Shown here piece by piece: positions 56,835 to 64,000 of a stretch of 64,000 nucleotides of DNA. Numbering within the stretch: position 1 is the first letter of the stretch; each line of letters starts with the position of its first letter. The notes under the pieces are model-generated. The model saw nothing but the letters and a program-made list of their open reading frames with translations. It had not been told where the DNA came from and searched no databases. A program made the position numbers and the translations under genes. This stretch comes from an uncultured Flavobacteriaceae bacterium (lineage in GTDB: Bacteria; Bacteroidota; Bacteroidia; Flavobacteriales; Flavobacteriaceae): contig OX044364.1 of NCBI GenBank assembly GCA_943846735.1, forward strand, positions 2,361,271 through 2,425,270, read 5' to 3'.

Positions 56835-57173
56835 ATGAATTATAAAATTAAAAGTCGTATTTGGATAGAAGCTGACGGTGACATTTTACTTGGAGAAGGT
56901 AGAGTCGCACTACTTAAAGCAATTGAAAGTACAGGATCTCTTTCTAAGGCTGCCAAAAGCTTAAAGATGTCTTACAAAAAAGCATGGTCCCTTGTTGATA
57001 AGATGAATAAACGGTCAGAATTTCCAATAACATCGGCGACTATAGGTGGTAAAGGAGGTGGAGGAGTGCAGCTCACAGCATACGGTAAAACATTGATTTG
57101 CACATTTGAAACAATTAATGAAAATTGTTGGAACTTTTTAGATGGTCAAATGAAAGAATCAAAATTTCAATGA
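56835..57173 (+). CDS. ModE N-terminal-like winged-helix protein
   Basis: ..IWIEADGDILLGEGRVALLKAIESTGSLSKAAKSLKMSYKKAWSLVDKMN.. (ModE/LysR-type HTH). No TOBE domains. Confidence 0.65.
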   Translation: MNYKIKSRIWIEADGDILLGEGRVALLKAIESTGSLSKAAKSLKMSYKKAWSLVDKMNKRSEFPITSATIGGKGGGGVQLTAYGKTLICTFETINENCWNFLDGQMKESKFQ

Positions 57174-57913
57174 TTATAGAAATTGAATACCTCTGGTTAT
57201 TTTTATCATTGCTAGCAATAGTTGCATTTTTATATGCAAGTGTGGGTCATGGCGGAGCGAGTGGCTATCTCGCTTTAATGGCCATATTTTCCTTTACAAC
57301 ATCAACAATGAAACCTATCGCTTTATTGTTAAATCTTTTTGTTTCCGGGATAGCATTTTATCATTATTACAGAACTGGTCATTTCAATAAAAAATTATTT
57401 ATTCCTTTTGCTGTGGCTTCGATACCATTTGCATTTTTCGGAGGAAGACTGCAAATAGACGCAAATATTTACAAGACATCTTTAGCGATATTGTTAATTT
57501 TTGCAATTCTTAAAATGCTCAATGTATTTGGAGTAAGGTCAAAGCAAGTTAAAGAGATTAAAGTTTGGCAAGGTGTCGCTATCGGATCCTGCATAGGATT
57601 TATATCGGGATTGATTGGGATTGGTGGAGGTATTATATTGACACCAATAATCTTGCTACTTCATTGGGGTAAGATGAAAGAGGCAGCTGCCGTCTCTGCT
57701 TTATTTATATGGGTAAATTCCGCAGCAGGTTTAATGGGTCAGTTATCCATTGGAGTAGAAATTTCATCTCAAGCATTTATTTTAGTGGGAGTTGCGCTTA
57801 CCGGGGGGTACTTAGGAAGCTATTTAGGAAGTCAGAAATTTAATAATACAACGCTAAGGTATTTATTAGCATTGGTATTATTAATCGCTTCTATAAAATT
57901 ACTGGTCGTGTAA
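57170..57913 (+). CDS. TauE/SafE-family anion permease
   Basis: Start ATGA overlaps the previous stop. ..FLYASVGHGGASGYLALM.. and ..GLIGIGGGIILTPIILLL.. in two internal repeats; about 8 TM. Confidence 0.65.
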   Translation: MIIEIEYLWLFLSLLAIVAFLYASVGHGGASGYLALMAIFSFTTSTMKPIALLLNLFVSGIAFYHYYRTGHFNKKLFIPFAVASIPFAFFGGRLQIDANIYKTSLAILLIFAILKMLNVFGVRSKQVKEIKVWQGVAIGSCIGFISGLIGIGGGIILTPIILLLHWGKMKEAAAVSALFIWVNSAAGLMGQLSIGVEISSQAFILVGVALTGGYLGSYLGSQKFNNTTLRYLLALVLLIASIKLLVV

Positions 57914-58497
57914 TGGTCAAAAAAAACAACATAACGGGGATTGTTTTAGCAGGAGGTAAAAGCTCAAGAATGGGTTTGGATAAAGGTCTGATTAAGATGA
58001 ATCAGCAAACATTTATACAAGCTGTAATTAATGCCATGAGACCTTTAGTGGGAGATATAATAATTGTGAGTAATAATTCAGATTACGATCAATTCGGGTA
58101 TTTAAGAATAAATGATTTGATAAAAGACTCTGGGCCTTTAGCCGGTTTATATTCAGGTTTGTGTTTTTCACAAAGTGATTACAATCTTGTACTAAGCTGT
58201 GATATCCCATTTATTAAAACAGATGTTTTAAAATATCTATTCAGTGCTGAGTACACAAAATATGACGTCGTGCAATTAAAAAGTAAGAAGAAAACAATGC
58301 CACTTATCGCAATTTATCATAAAAAATGTCTTGATTCATGTTTAACGCTGTTGCGGAGTAATGAGAAAAGGCTGCGAACATTAGTTCAACAATTAAACAC
58401 AAAAACAATTATAATTGATGATACTTTAAGTCAATACGTTGAAAATATTAATACAAAAGCAGAATTTAAAGATTTGGGGTATGACATTGAATATTAA
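57913..58497 (+). CDS. mobA: molybdenum cofactor guanylyltransferase MobA
   Basis: ..ITGIVLAGGKSSRMGLDKGL.., ..GPLAGLYSGL.., ..VLSCDIPF.. Confidence 0.8.
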   Translation: MVKKNNITGIVLAGGKSSRMGLDKGLIKMNQQTFIQAVINAMRPLVGDIIIVSNNSDYDQFGYLRINDLIKDSGPLAGLYSGLCFSQSDYNLVLSCDIPFIKTDVLKYLFSAEYTKYDVVQLKSKKKTMPLIAIYHKKCLDSCLTLLRSNEKRLRTLVQQLNTKTIIIDDTLSQYVENINTKAEFKDLGYDIEY

Positions 58498-58714
58498 ATA
58501 TTTTGGACTAATTGCGGAAATAACAAATTGTAATGAGGAAACTCTTGATTTTTCCGAAGGCTCAGGTTCCTGCTTACTAGAACTACTTTTTCAAAAGTAT
58601 CCGGCATTAGTAGGAATTGATTTTCAAATAGCTCAAGATCACAAAATTATATCTAAAAACACCATGATAACAGGAGCAGAATTGGCACTATTGCCACCCT
58701 TTTCCGGAGGATAA
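58481..58714 (+). CDS. moaD: molybdopterin synthase sulfur-carrier subunit MoaD
   Basis: 77 aa ending ..LALLPPFSGG (C-terminal Gly-Gly). Overlaps the mobA end. The upstream part of the 58439 ORF lies inside mobA. Confidence 0.75.
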   Translation: MTLNIKYFGLIAEITNCNEETLDFSEGSGSCLLELLFQKYPALVGIDFQIAQDHKIISKNTMITGAELALLPPFSGG

Positions 58715-58716
58715 AT

Positions 58717-59799
58717 ATGGGTAGATACGACAGACATATCATGTTAAAAGAGGTTGGCCATGAAGGCCAATTAGAGCTTTCTAATGCCAAAGTATTAATC
58801 GTTGGTGCTGGTGGTTTGGGGTGTCCTATATTACAATATTTAACGGCAGCTGGTGTTGGCACTATAGGGATTATTGACTTTGATGTTGTTGAGATTTCAA
58901 ATTTACAACGTCAAATTTTATTCAAAACGAGTGATATTGGAATAAATAAGGCCTTGGCTGCAAAAAAACAATTACAAGATTTAAATCCAACAATTACGAT
59001 TGAAGCCTACCCAGAACGATTGACATCTAAAAATGCACTACAATTATGTGCTGCCTATGATGTTGTTGTTGATGGAACCGATAATTTTGTAACGCGTTAT
59101 CTGATAAATGATGCAGTAGTTAAAACCGGTAAACCGCAAGTTTATGGTGCTATTTTTAAATTTGAAGGACAACTATCGGTTTTTAATTATCAAAATGGAC
59201 CAAGTTATCGGTGTTTGTTTCCAAAACCACCAAAAAAAGGTGTCATACCAAATTGCAATGAGGTGGGTGTTCTTGGTGTATTAACAGGAATCATTGGCAC
59301 CATGATGGCTAATGAAGTGATAAAAATAATTTTAAAATTTAGTGACGTGTTATCAGGGGTGTTATTATGTTATGATTCGAGAACAACAAATATATCGAAG
59401 TTAATAATAGATAGAAATCAATCTGAAATTAACCATATAATTAATCAAACAGCGTTGCAAGAAATTCAAGTTAACACCCAATGTGAACCTTTACTTGGTG
59501 AAATCACAGAATTAAATAATTTGATTTTAAATCAAATTGAGTTTATTGATGTGAGAGAAAAGCATGAGACACCAAAAATAATGTCACTTAAATATAAGCA
59601 AGTGCCTTTGGGTCAAATCAAGGAACATTTAGATATTATTGATTCAAATAAAAAGATTGTTGTCTTTTGTCAATCTGGAATTCGAAGTAAAAAAGCAGTT
59701 GAATTATTAAGAGATTCTGGCATTACCAATGCGGTCAGTTTTAAAGGGGGGGTTATGAATATGATTACAAATATAAAAAATATAAAAAATGAAAAATAA
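58717..59799 (+). CDS. moeB: MoeB/ThiF-type adenylyltransferase fused to a rhodanese domain
   Basis: ..KVLIVGAGGLGCPILQYL.., ..QRQILF.., ..GTDNFVTRYLIND.. C-terminal rhodanese with active-site loop ..VVFCQSGIRSKKA.. Confidence 0.85.
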   Translation: MGRYDRHIMLKEVGHEGQLELSNAKVLIVGAGGLGCPILQYLTAAGVGTIGIIDFDVVEISNLQRQILFKTSDIGINKALAAKKQLQDLNPTITIEAYPERLTSKNALQLCAAYDVVVDGTDNFVTRYLINDAVVKTGKPQVYGAIFKFEGQLSVFNYQNGPSYRCLFPKPPKKGVIPNCNEVGVLGVLTGIIGTMMANEVIKIILKFSDVLSGVLLCYDSRTTNISKLIIDRNQSEINHIINQTALQEIQVNTQCEPLLGEITELNNLILNQIEFIDVREKHETPKIMSLKYKQVPLGQIKEHLDIIDSNKKIVVFCQSGIRSKKAVELLRDSGITNAVSFKGGVMNMITNIKNIKNEK

Positions 59800-60232
59800 G
59801 AACATGAAAAATGTCTTTATTCAAGGAGCTATTTCATCAGGGTTTATTCAGAATTCTATTGCGAAGCACCAATCAAAAACAGATATTGGGGCCCATAATA
59901 TTTTTTTAGGTCAAGTGAGAGCAGATATGATTGATGATAAAAAAGTTGCTGCTATTGAATACACGTGTTATCAAGAAATGGCGAACAAAAAATTTCATGA
60001 AATTAGGGAAGCCACATTTGAACAATTTAATTTGACATGCATGCATATATACCATAGTATCGGGGTTGTTGATACAGGGGATATTTGCTTGTTTGTTTTT
60101 GTGTCTTCTCCAAGAAGAAAAGAAGTCTTTCGAGCTCTGGAGTATGTTGTGGAGGAAATTAAATCGAAAGCACCTGTTTTTGGTAAGGAGATTTTTGAGG
60201 ATAAATCACACCAATGGAAAGTTAATAAATAA
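59789..60232 (+). CDS. moaE: molybdopterin synthase catalytic subunit MoaE
   Basis: ..[11 protein letters not shown].., ..[46 protein letters not shown].. Alternative ATG at 59804. Confidence 0.8.
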   Translation: MKNKNMKNVFIQGAISSGFIQNSIAKHQSKTDIGAHNIFLGQVRADMIDDKKVAAIEYTCYQEMANKKFHEIREATFEQFNLTCMHIYHSIGVVDTGDICLFVFVSSPRRKEVFRALEYVVEEIKSKAPVFGKEIFEDKSHQWKVNK

Positions 60233-60234
60233 TT

Positions 60235-61146
60235 ATGGTAGATATTACAAACAAGTCAAATACGCTCAGAATCGCTACTGCTCAGGCCATAGTTAAGGTC
60301 AGTGATTTAGCTACCCTTGAAGCGATCAAAAAAAATGTAGTTCCAAAAGGGAATGTTTTTGAAATGAGTAAAGCTGCAGGATTATTAGCCATAAAAAACA
60401 CACCGAATATATTACCTGATTGTCATCCGATACCAATTGAGTATTCAGGGATAGAGTTTGAAATAAAAGAACTTGAAATAATAGTGACGTGTAAAATAAA
60501 AACCATCTATAAAACTGGTGTTGAAGTCGAAGCGATGCATGGTGCATCGGTTGTTGCATTAAATATGTATGACATGCTAAAACCCATCGATAAAAATATT
60601 GAAATCCATCACATTAAATTACTAAACAAAAAGGGGGGGAAGTCAGATTTCAAAGACACCTTAAGAAAAGAGTTTAAAGCGGTTGTTATTGTGTGTTCTG
60701 ATTCTATTTCAAAAGGTCAAAAAGAGGATAAAGCTGGCTTAGCAATAATTGAAAAATTAGAATCATGTAATGTCTTAATAGCAGATTATATAATCATTCC
60801 TGACGAAAAAATAATAATTCAAGAAAAAGTACAGCATTATGAAAAATCAGGAAATGATCTTATTATTTTCACTGGTGGAACAGGCTTGTCAAGTAGAGAT
60901 GTTACTCCCGAGGCCTTAAGAGATCTTATCGATAGAAAAATACCTGGAATTGAAGAGGCTATTCGAAGTTACGGTCAAAACAGAACACCTTATTCAATGC
61001 TGTCTAGAAGTGTAGCAGGAACAATAAATGATACGTTAGTATTAGCCTTACCTGGATCAACAAACGGAGCAAAAGAATCTATGGATGCTATTTTTCCTTC
61101 GGTTTTACATGTATTTGGAATTTTAAAAGGAGCAAGACATAATTAA
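60235..61146 (+). CDS. moaC: bifunctional MoaC (cyclic pyranopterin monophosphate synthase) / MoaB-Mog-like domain protein
   Basis: N-terminal half ..[23 protein letters not shown].. is MoaC. C-terminal half ..[35 protein letters not shown].. is the MoaB/MogA fold. Confidence 0.8.
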   Translation: MVDITNKSNTLRIATAQAIVKVSDLATLEAIKKNVVPKGNVFEMSKAAGLLAIKNTPNILPDCHPIPIEYSGIEFEIKELEIIVTCKIKTIYKTGVEVEAMHGASVVALNMYDMLKPIDKNIEIHHIKLLNKKGGKSDFKDTLRKEFKAVVIVCSDSISKGQKEDKAGLAIIEKLESCNVLIADYIIIPDEKIIIQEKVQHYEKSGNDLIIFTGGTGLSSRDVTPEALRDLIDRKIPGIEEAIRSYGQNRTPYSMLSRSVAGTINDTLVLALPGSTNGAKESMDAIFPSVLHVFGILKGARHN

Positions 61147-62153
61147 TGGAAAAAGAGAATAATATTTTATATGATTCGTTTGGGCGTAAACACTCATATT
61201 TGCGCATTTCATTGACGGAATTATGTAATTTACGATGCACTTATTGCATGCCTGAGGAGGGCATTCAATTATCACCAAAATCGCACATCATGACTTATGA
61301 TGAGGTTTTTGAAATCGCTTCAGTGTTTGTGAAACATGGGGTAACTAAAATTCGTTTAACTGGTGGTGAACCTTTAATAAGAAGAGACGTGCATCTCATT
61401 CTTAAAAAATTAGCAGAACTTCCAGTGGAATTAGCGATTACTTCTAATGCTGTTATTATTGATCGTTTTATAAACCTGTTTAAAGAGTGTCGCATTAAAA
61501 ACATTAATGTGAGTTTGGATTCATTGGACAGTGACAAATTTAAAATAATCACGCGAAGAAATAATTTTCAAAAAGTATACGATAATATTCTGCTTTTGGT
61601 TAATGAAGGTTTTAACGTTAAGCTAAATGTTGTGCTGATGAATGGTTTTAATGATGATGAAATCATTGATTTCATTAAGTTGACGAAAACACACCCTTTG
61701 ACAGTACGATTTATTGAGTTTATGCCATTTGATGGTAATCAATGGAATAAGTCTAAAATAGTATCTTATGAACAGGTAATGAAAACAGTTATGTCATGCT
61801 ATGATGTTGACAAGGTCATCAGAGTGAAAGATGCACCTAATGATACATCTAAAAACTATAAAATAAAAAATTATCAAGGATCCTTTGCTATCATCAGTTC
61901 AGTGACAAACCCATTTTGTGATTCATGTAATCGTATTCGTTTGACAGCTAATGGAAAACTAAAAAATTGCTTATTTTCAAATAATGAAACGGATTTATTG
62001 ACGCCCATGAGAGCGGGTAAATTGATAGAGCCAATGATTAAAAAAGCAATTCAATCTAAGTTTAAAGTTCGTGGAGGAATGGATACAATGGCGAAATTAG
62101 AACAGCCAGATTTACATCAAAACAATCGCAGTATGATTACAATTGGTGGTTAA
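61146..62153 (+). CDS. moaA: GTP 3',8-cyclase MoaA (radical SAM)
   Basis: ..RISLTELCNLRCTYCMPEEG.., ..IRLTGGEPL.., C-terminal ..CDSCNRIRLTANGKLKNCLF.. Confidence 0.9.
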   Translation: MEKENNILYDSFGRKHSYLRISLTELCNLRCTYCMPEEGIQLSPKSHIMTYDEVFEIASVFVKHGVTKIRLTGGEPLIRRDVHLILKKLAELPVELAITSNAVIIDRFINLFKECRIKNINVSLDSLDSDKFKIITRRNNFQKVYDNILLLVNEGFNVKLNVVLMNGFNDDEIIDFIKLTKTHPLTVRFIEFMPFDGNQWNKSKIVSYEQVMKTVMSCYDVDKVIRVKDAPNDTSKNYKIKNYQGSFAIISSVTNPFCDSCNRIRLTANGKLKNCLFSNNETDLLTPMRAGKLIEPMIKKAIQSKFKVRGGMDTMAKLEQPDLHQNNRSMITIGG

Positions 62154-62751
62154 CCTTGTAAAGATTATCATAGTCCTCCTGAGTGTCAATATCAGTAATT
62201 AAATGTGTGGGCTCCACTATTTTAGCATGGTTTATGTGTTTTTTTATCACTTTTTTAGCTCCAAAATTTTTAGTCAATTGAGATAGTTCTTTGAAAAAAG
62301 AATGATGAAAAATGGCAGGTACACCTATTGAATTGTTTCCATAACTAGAAGTAATAATTTGTCCAGATTGGGTGTTAAAAAGTTTAATTAAATGGTGTAA
62401 GTAGTCTGTGTTTACAAGAGGTTGATCAGCTAACATTATTAGAGCGCCGTTATACTTAGGCTTAGCGTTCATAATAATTTTTATCCCTGAACTAATGGAT
62501 GCTCCAATTCCAAACCTCCAATTATCATTACATATTAGGCTAATATTACGATGTCTAATATGTGGTATAATCACGTCGCGATGCGCTCCTAAAACCACAT
62601 AAGTTTCACCTTGATTTAAGTCACGAGCCAATTGTATTGAATGATTCAATAGTGATGAATTTTTCCAAGGTAATAGTTGCTTTGGCCTTCCCATTCTTGA
62701 AGAGTTTCCTGCGGCTAATATTAAAATTGCAATATTTGAATTTTCAATCAA
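62137..62751 (-). CDS. MobA-like NTP transferase (MocA-type molybdenum cofactor cytidylyltransferase candidate)
   Basis: ..IAILILAAGNSSRMGRPKQLLPW.. Adjacent to xdhC and a molybdo-oxidoreductase gene. Confidence 0.65.
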   Translation of the reverse strand: MIENSNIAILILAAGNSSRMGRPKQLLPWKNSSLLNHSIQLARDLNQGETYVVLGAHRDVIIPHIRHRNISLICNDNWRFGIGASISSGIKIIMNAKPKYNGALIMLADQPLVNTDYLHHLIKLFNTQSGQIITSSYGNNSIGVPAIFHHSFFKELSQLTKNFGAKKVIKKHINHAKIVEPTHLITDIDTQEDYDNLYKVNHQL

Positions 62752-62753
62752 AA

Positions 62754-63779
62754 TTAGTTTAATATGTTTTTTGCATGGATACTAGTTTTTTTCTCTTTCA
62801 GAAGTATTGGTTGTTGGTTTCTCGTTACTGATAAGATTTCAGCAGCTATAGAAATAGCGATTTCTTGCGGTGTTTCTGCACCAATATTTAAACCAACTGG
62901 TGCGTGGAGAGCTTCCATAAAAGAAGGACAAACTTCAGGGCAAAAGTCAATAAATTGTAACAGTAATTTTTCGCGCCTACTTGAGGGGCCAAGTAGACCT
63001 AAATAAGCTGGTTTGGAATTTTTTAATTCTATTAAATATTTCAAATCATTTGAAAAATTATGAGACATAATGACAACAGCAGTATGTTCATCTATTGGGT
63101 GAATTTCCAAGTGATTAGTATGTGTTGTGTAAAATGCGGTGGCCCCAGGAAAATGCTCAATTGACTTCATTTCAAGAGGTCCAGCGATTATCGTGACATT
63201 CCACCCGTTAAAACTAGCCAACTTACACAGTTCTACCGCGTCATGTTCTGCTCCAAAAATCATCAATTTAAATGGAGGAGGTAGCTCCTGCGAAAAAATT
63301 AGTGGATGGTCATTGTTCGGGTCAAAAGTTGATATTTTAAAAGAACCAGTCTTAAATTCAATAACACTGCCAATGATTTCTGACGGACCTTGTGATTTAT
63401 TAAAATAGGAATGCACATAAAAAGCCTCTCTATTTTTTAAAGAATTATGAAAATATAATAGGCATTTATCGGAGGGATGAAATGGTTCAATTAAAACATA
63501 AAGAACTCCTTCACATCCTAAACGAAAGCGACCGTCATACGTCATCATTTTCGGAATACTAGATTCAAAAACCGATTGTGCTTGTCTTAAAATATCTTTT
63601 TCGACGCAGCCTCCACTGACAGCACCAATCATTGTATCGTTTTCAATAAGAAGCATTCTCACGCCTGGTTTACGGTATGACGATCCATCTAGTGCAACTA
63701 CGGTTGCTAGGACACATTTTAAATTTGCTTTTTTTGCCTTTTGATATTCTTTTATAAGCTGCCGAAATTCATGAATCAT
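62754..63779 (-). CDS. xdhC: XdhC/CoxI-family molybdoenzyme maturation protein
   Basis: ..ATVVALDGSSYRKPGVRMLL..GAVSGGCVE.. and a Rossmann-like second half ..LMIFGAEHDAVEL.. Confidence 0.75.
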   Translation of the reverse strand: MIHEFRQLIKEYQKAKKANLKCVLATVVALDGSSYRKPGVRMLLIENDTMIGAVSGGCVEKDILRQAQSVFESSIPKMMTYDGRFRLGCEGVLYVLIEPFHPSDKCLLYFHNSLKNREAFYVHSYFNKSQGPSEIIGSVIEFKTGSFKISTFDPNNDHPLIFSQELPPPFKLMIFGAEHDAVELCKLASFNGWNVTIIAGPLEMKSIEHFPGATAFYTTHTNHLEIHPIDEHTAVVIMSHNFSNDLKYLIELKNSKPAYLGLLGPSSRREKLLLQFIDFCPEVCPSFMEALHAPVGLNIGAETPQEIAISIAAEILSVTRNQQPILLKEKKTSIHAKNILN

Positions 63780-63803
63780 AATGAAGGTGTTTGTGACATA
63801 GCT

Positions 63804-64000
63804 CTAGCCGAGAGGAATTGCTTTTTTCATTTGATTAATAAATGGTTGTCTTGAAAAGCGTTCTCCTGTTGCTTTATACAAAGCATTTGCAAGAGCTCCA
63901 ACAGCCGGCGGAAGTCCGGGCTCTCCTAGTCCTGTGGGTGCAACATCACTGTTTACAAAAAACACTTCAATACTTTCAGGAGCCTGGTCGTGACGGATGA
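63804..64000 (-). CDS. C-terminal end of a molybdopterin-binding oxidoreductase subunit (xanthine dehydrogenase/aldehyde oxidase family); 5' part outside window
   Basis: Minus frame reads ..IRHDQAPESIEVFFVNSDVAPTGLGEPGLPPAVGALANALYKATGERFSRQPFINQMKKAIPLG*. GLGEPGLPP..ALANA is the typical C-terminal motif. Confidence 0.65.
   Translation of the reverse strand, partial: IRHDQAPESIEVFFVNSDVAPTGLGEPGLPPAVGALANALYKATGERFSRQPFINQMKKAIPLG

Overview
The window looks like a chromosomal segment from a low-GC Bacteroidota (Flavobacteriia-like) genome. Supporting signs are type IX secretion C-terminal sorting domains, TAnnTTTG-type promoter boxes, a UpxY-like NusG paralog, many lipoproteins and no obvious Shine-Dalgarno use. 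It has four blocks. (1) 1-4.4 kb holds a PKD/PA14 surface-protein gene with a decayed 3' end and a membrane-anchored AraC-type regulator. (2) 4.9-38.6 kb is a very large, fully co-directional surface-polysaccharide locus of about 34 genes. It contains two WecA/MraY-type initiating transferases, a wHTH regulator and UpxY-like antiterminator, and a Wzm/Wzt ABC exporter whose Wzt carries a C-terminal glycan-binding extension. It also has about 19-20 glycosyltransferase-like genes (about 15 clear GT2/GT4/GT11, the rest GT9-like, CgeB-like or divergent), 3-4 methyltransferases, 2 acyl/acetyltransferases, one SDR epimerase/dehydratase, a Wzy/WaaL-like membrane protein, and Wza plus a Wzc tyrosine kinase. 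I could not find a Wzx flippase. (3) 38.6-52 kb begins at an initiator tRNA-Met gene and is a mosaic of small, unrelated gene modules. These are two HxlR-plus-effector pairs, a 30-aa CDGSH mini-protein, a T9SS-secreted GH13 amylase operon, DinB-like and lipoprotein genes, and several gene remnants. The modules are separated by same-orientation copies of a repeat derived from the tRNA 3' end and its downstream bidirectional terminator. No integrase is visible. This is the most unusual structure in the window. (4) 53-64 kb carries housekeeping genes: a MORN-repeat protein, L-serine dehydratase, a complete molybdenum-cofactor operon (moeA, modE-like, tauE-like, mobA, moaD, moeB-rhodanese, moaE, moaC-moaB fusion, moaA), and a convergent mocA-like/xdhC/molybdo-oxidoreductase unit. 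No CRISPR array, rRNA, transposase or prophage was seen. All functional calls come from motif recognition by eye, not database searches.
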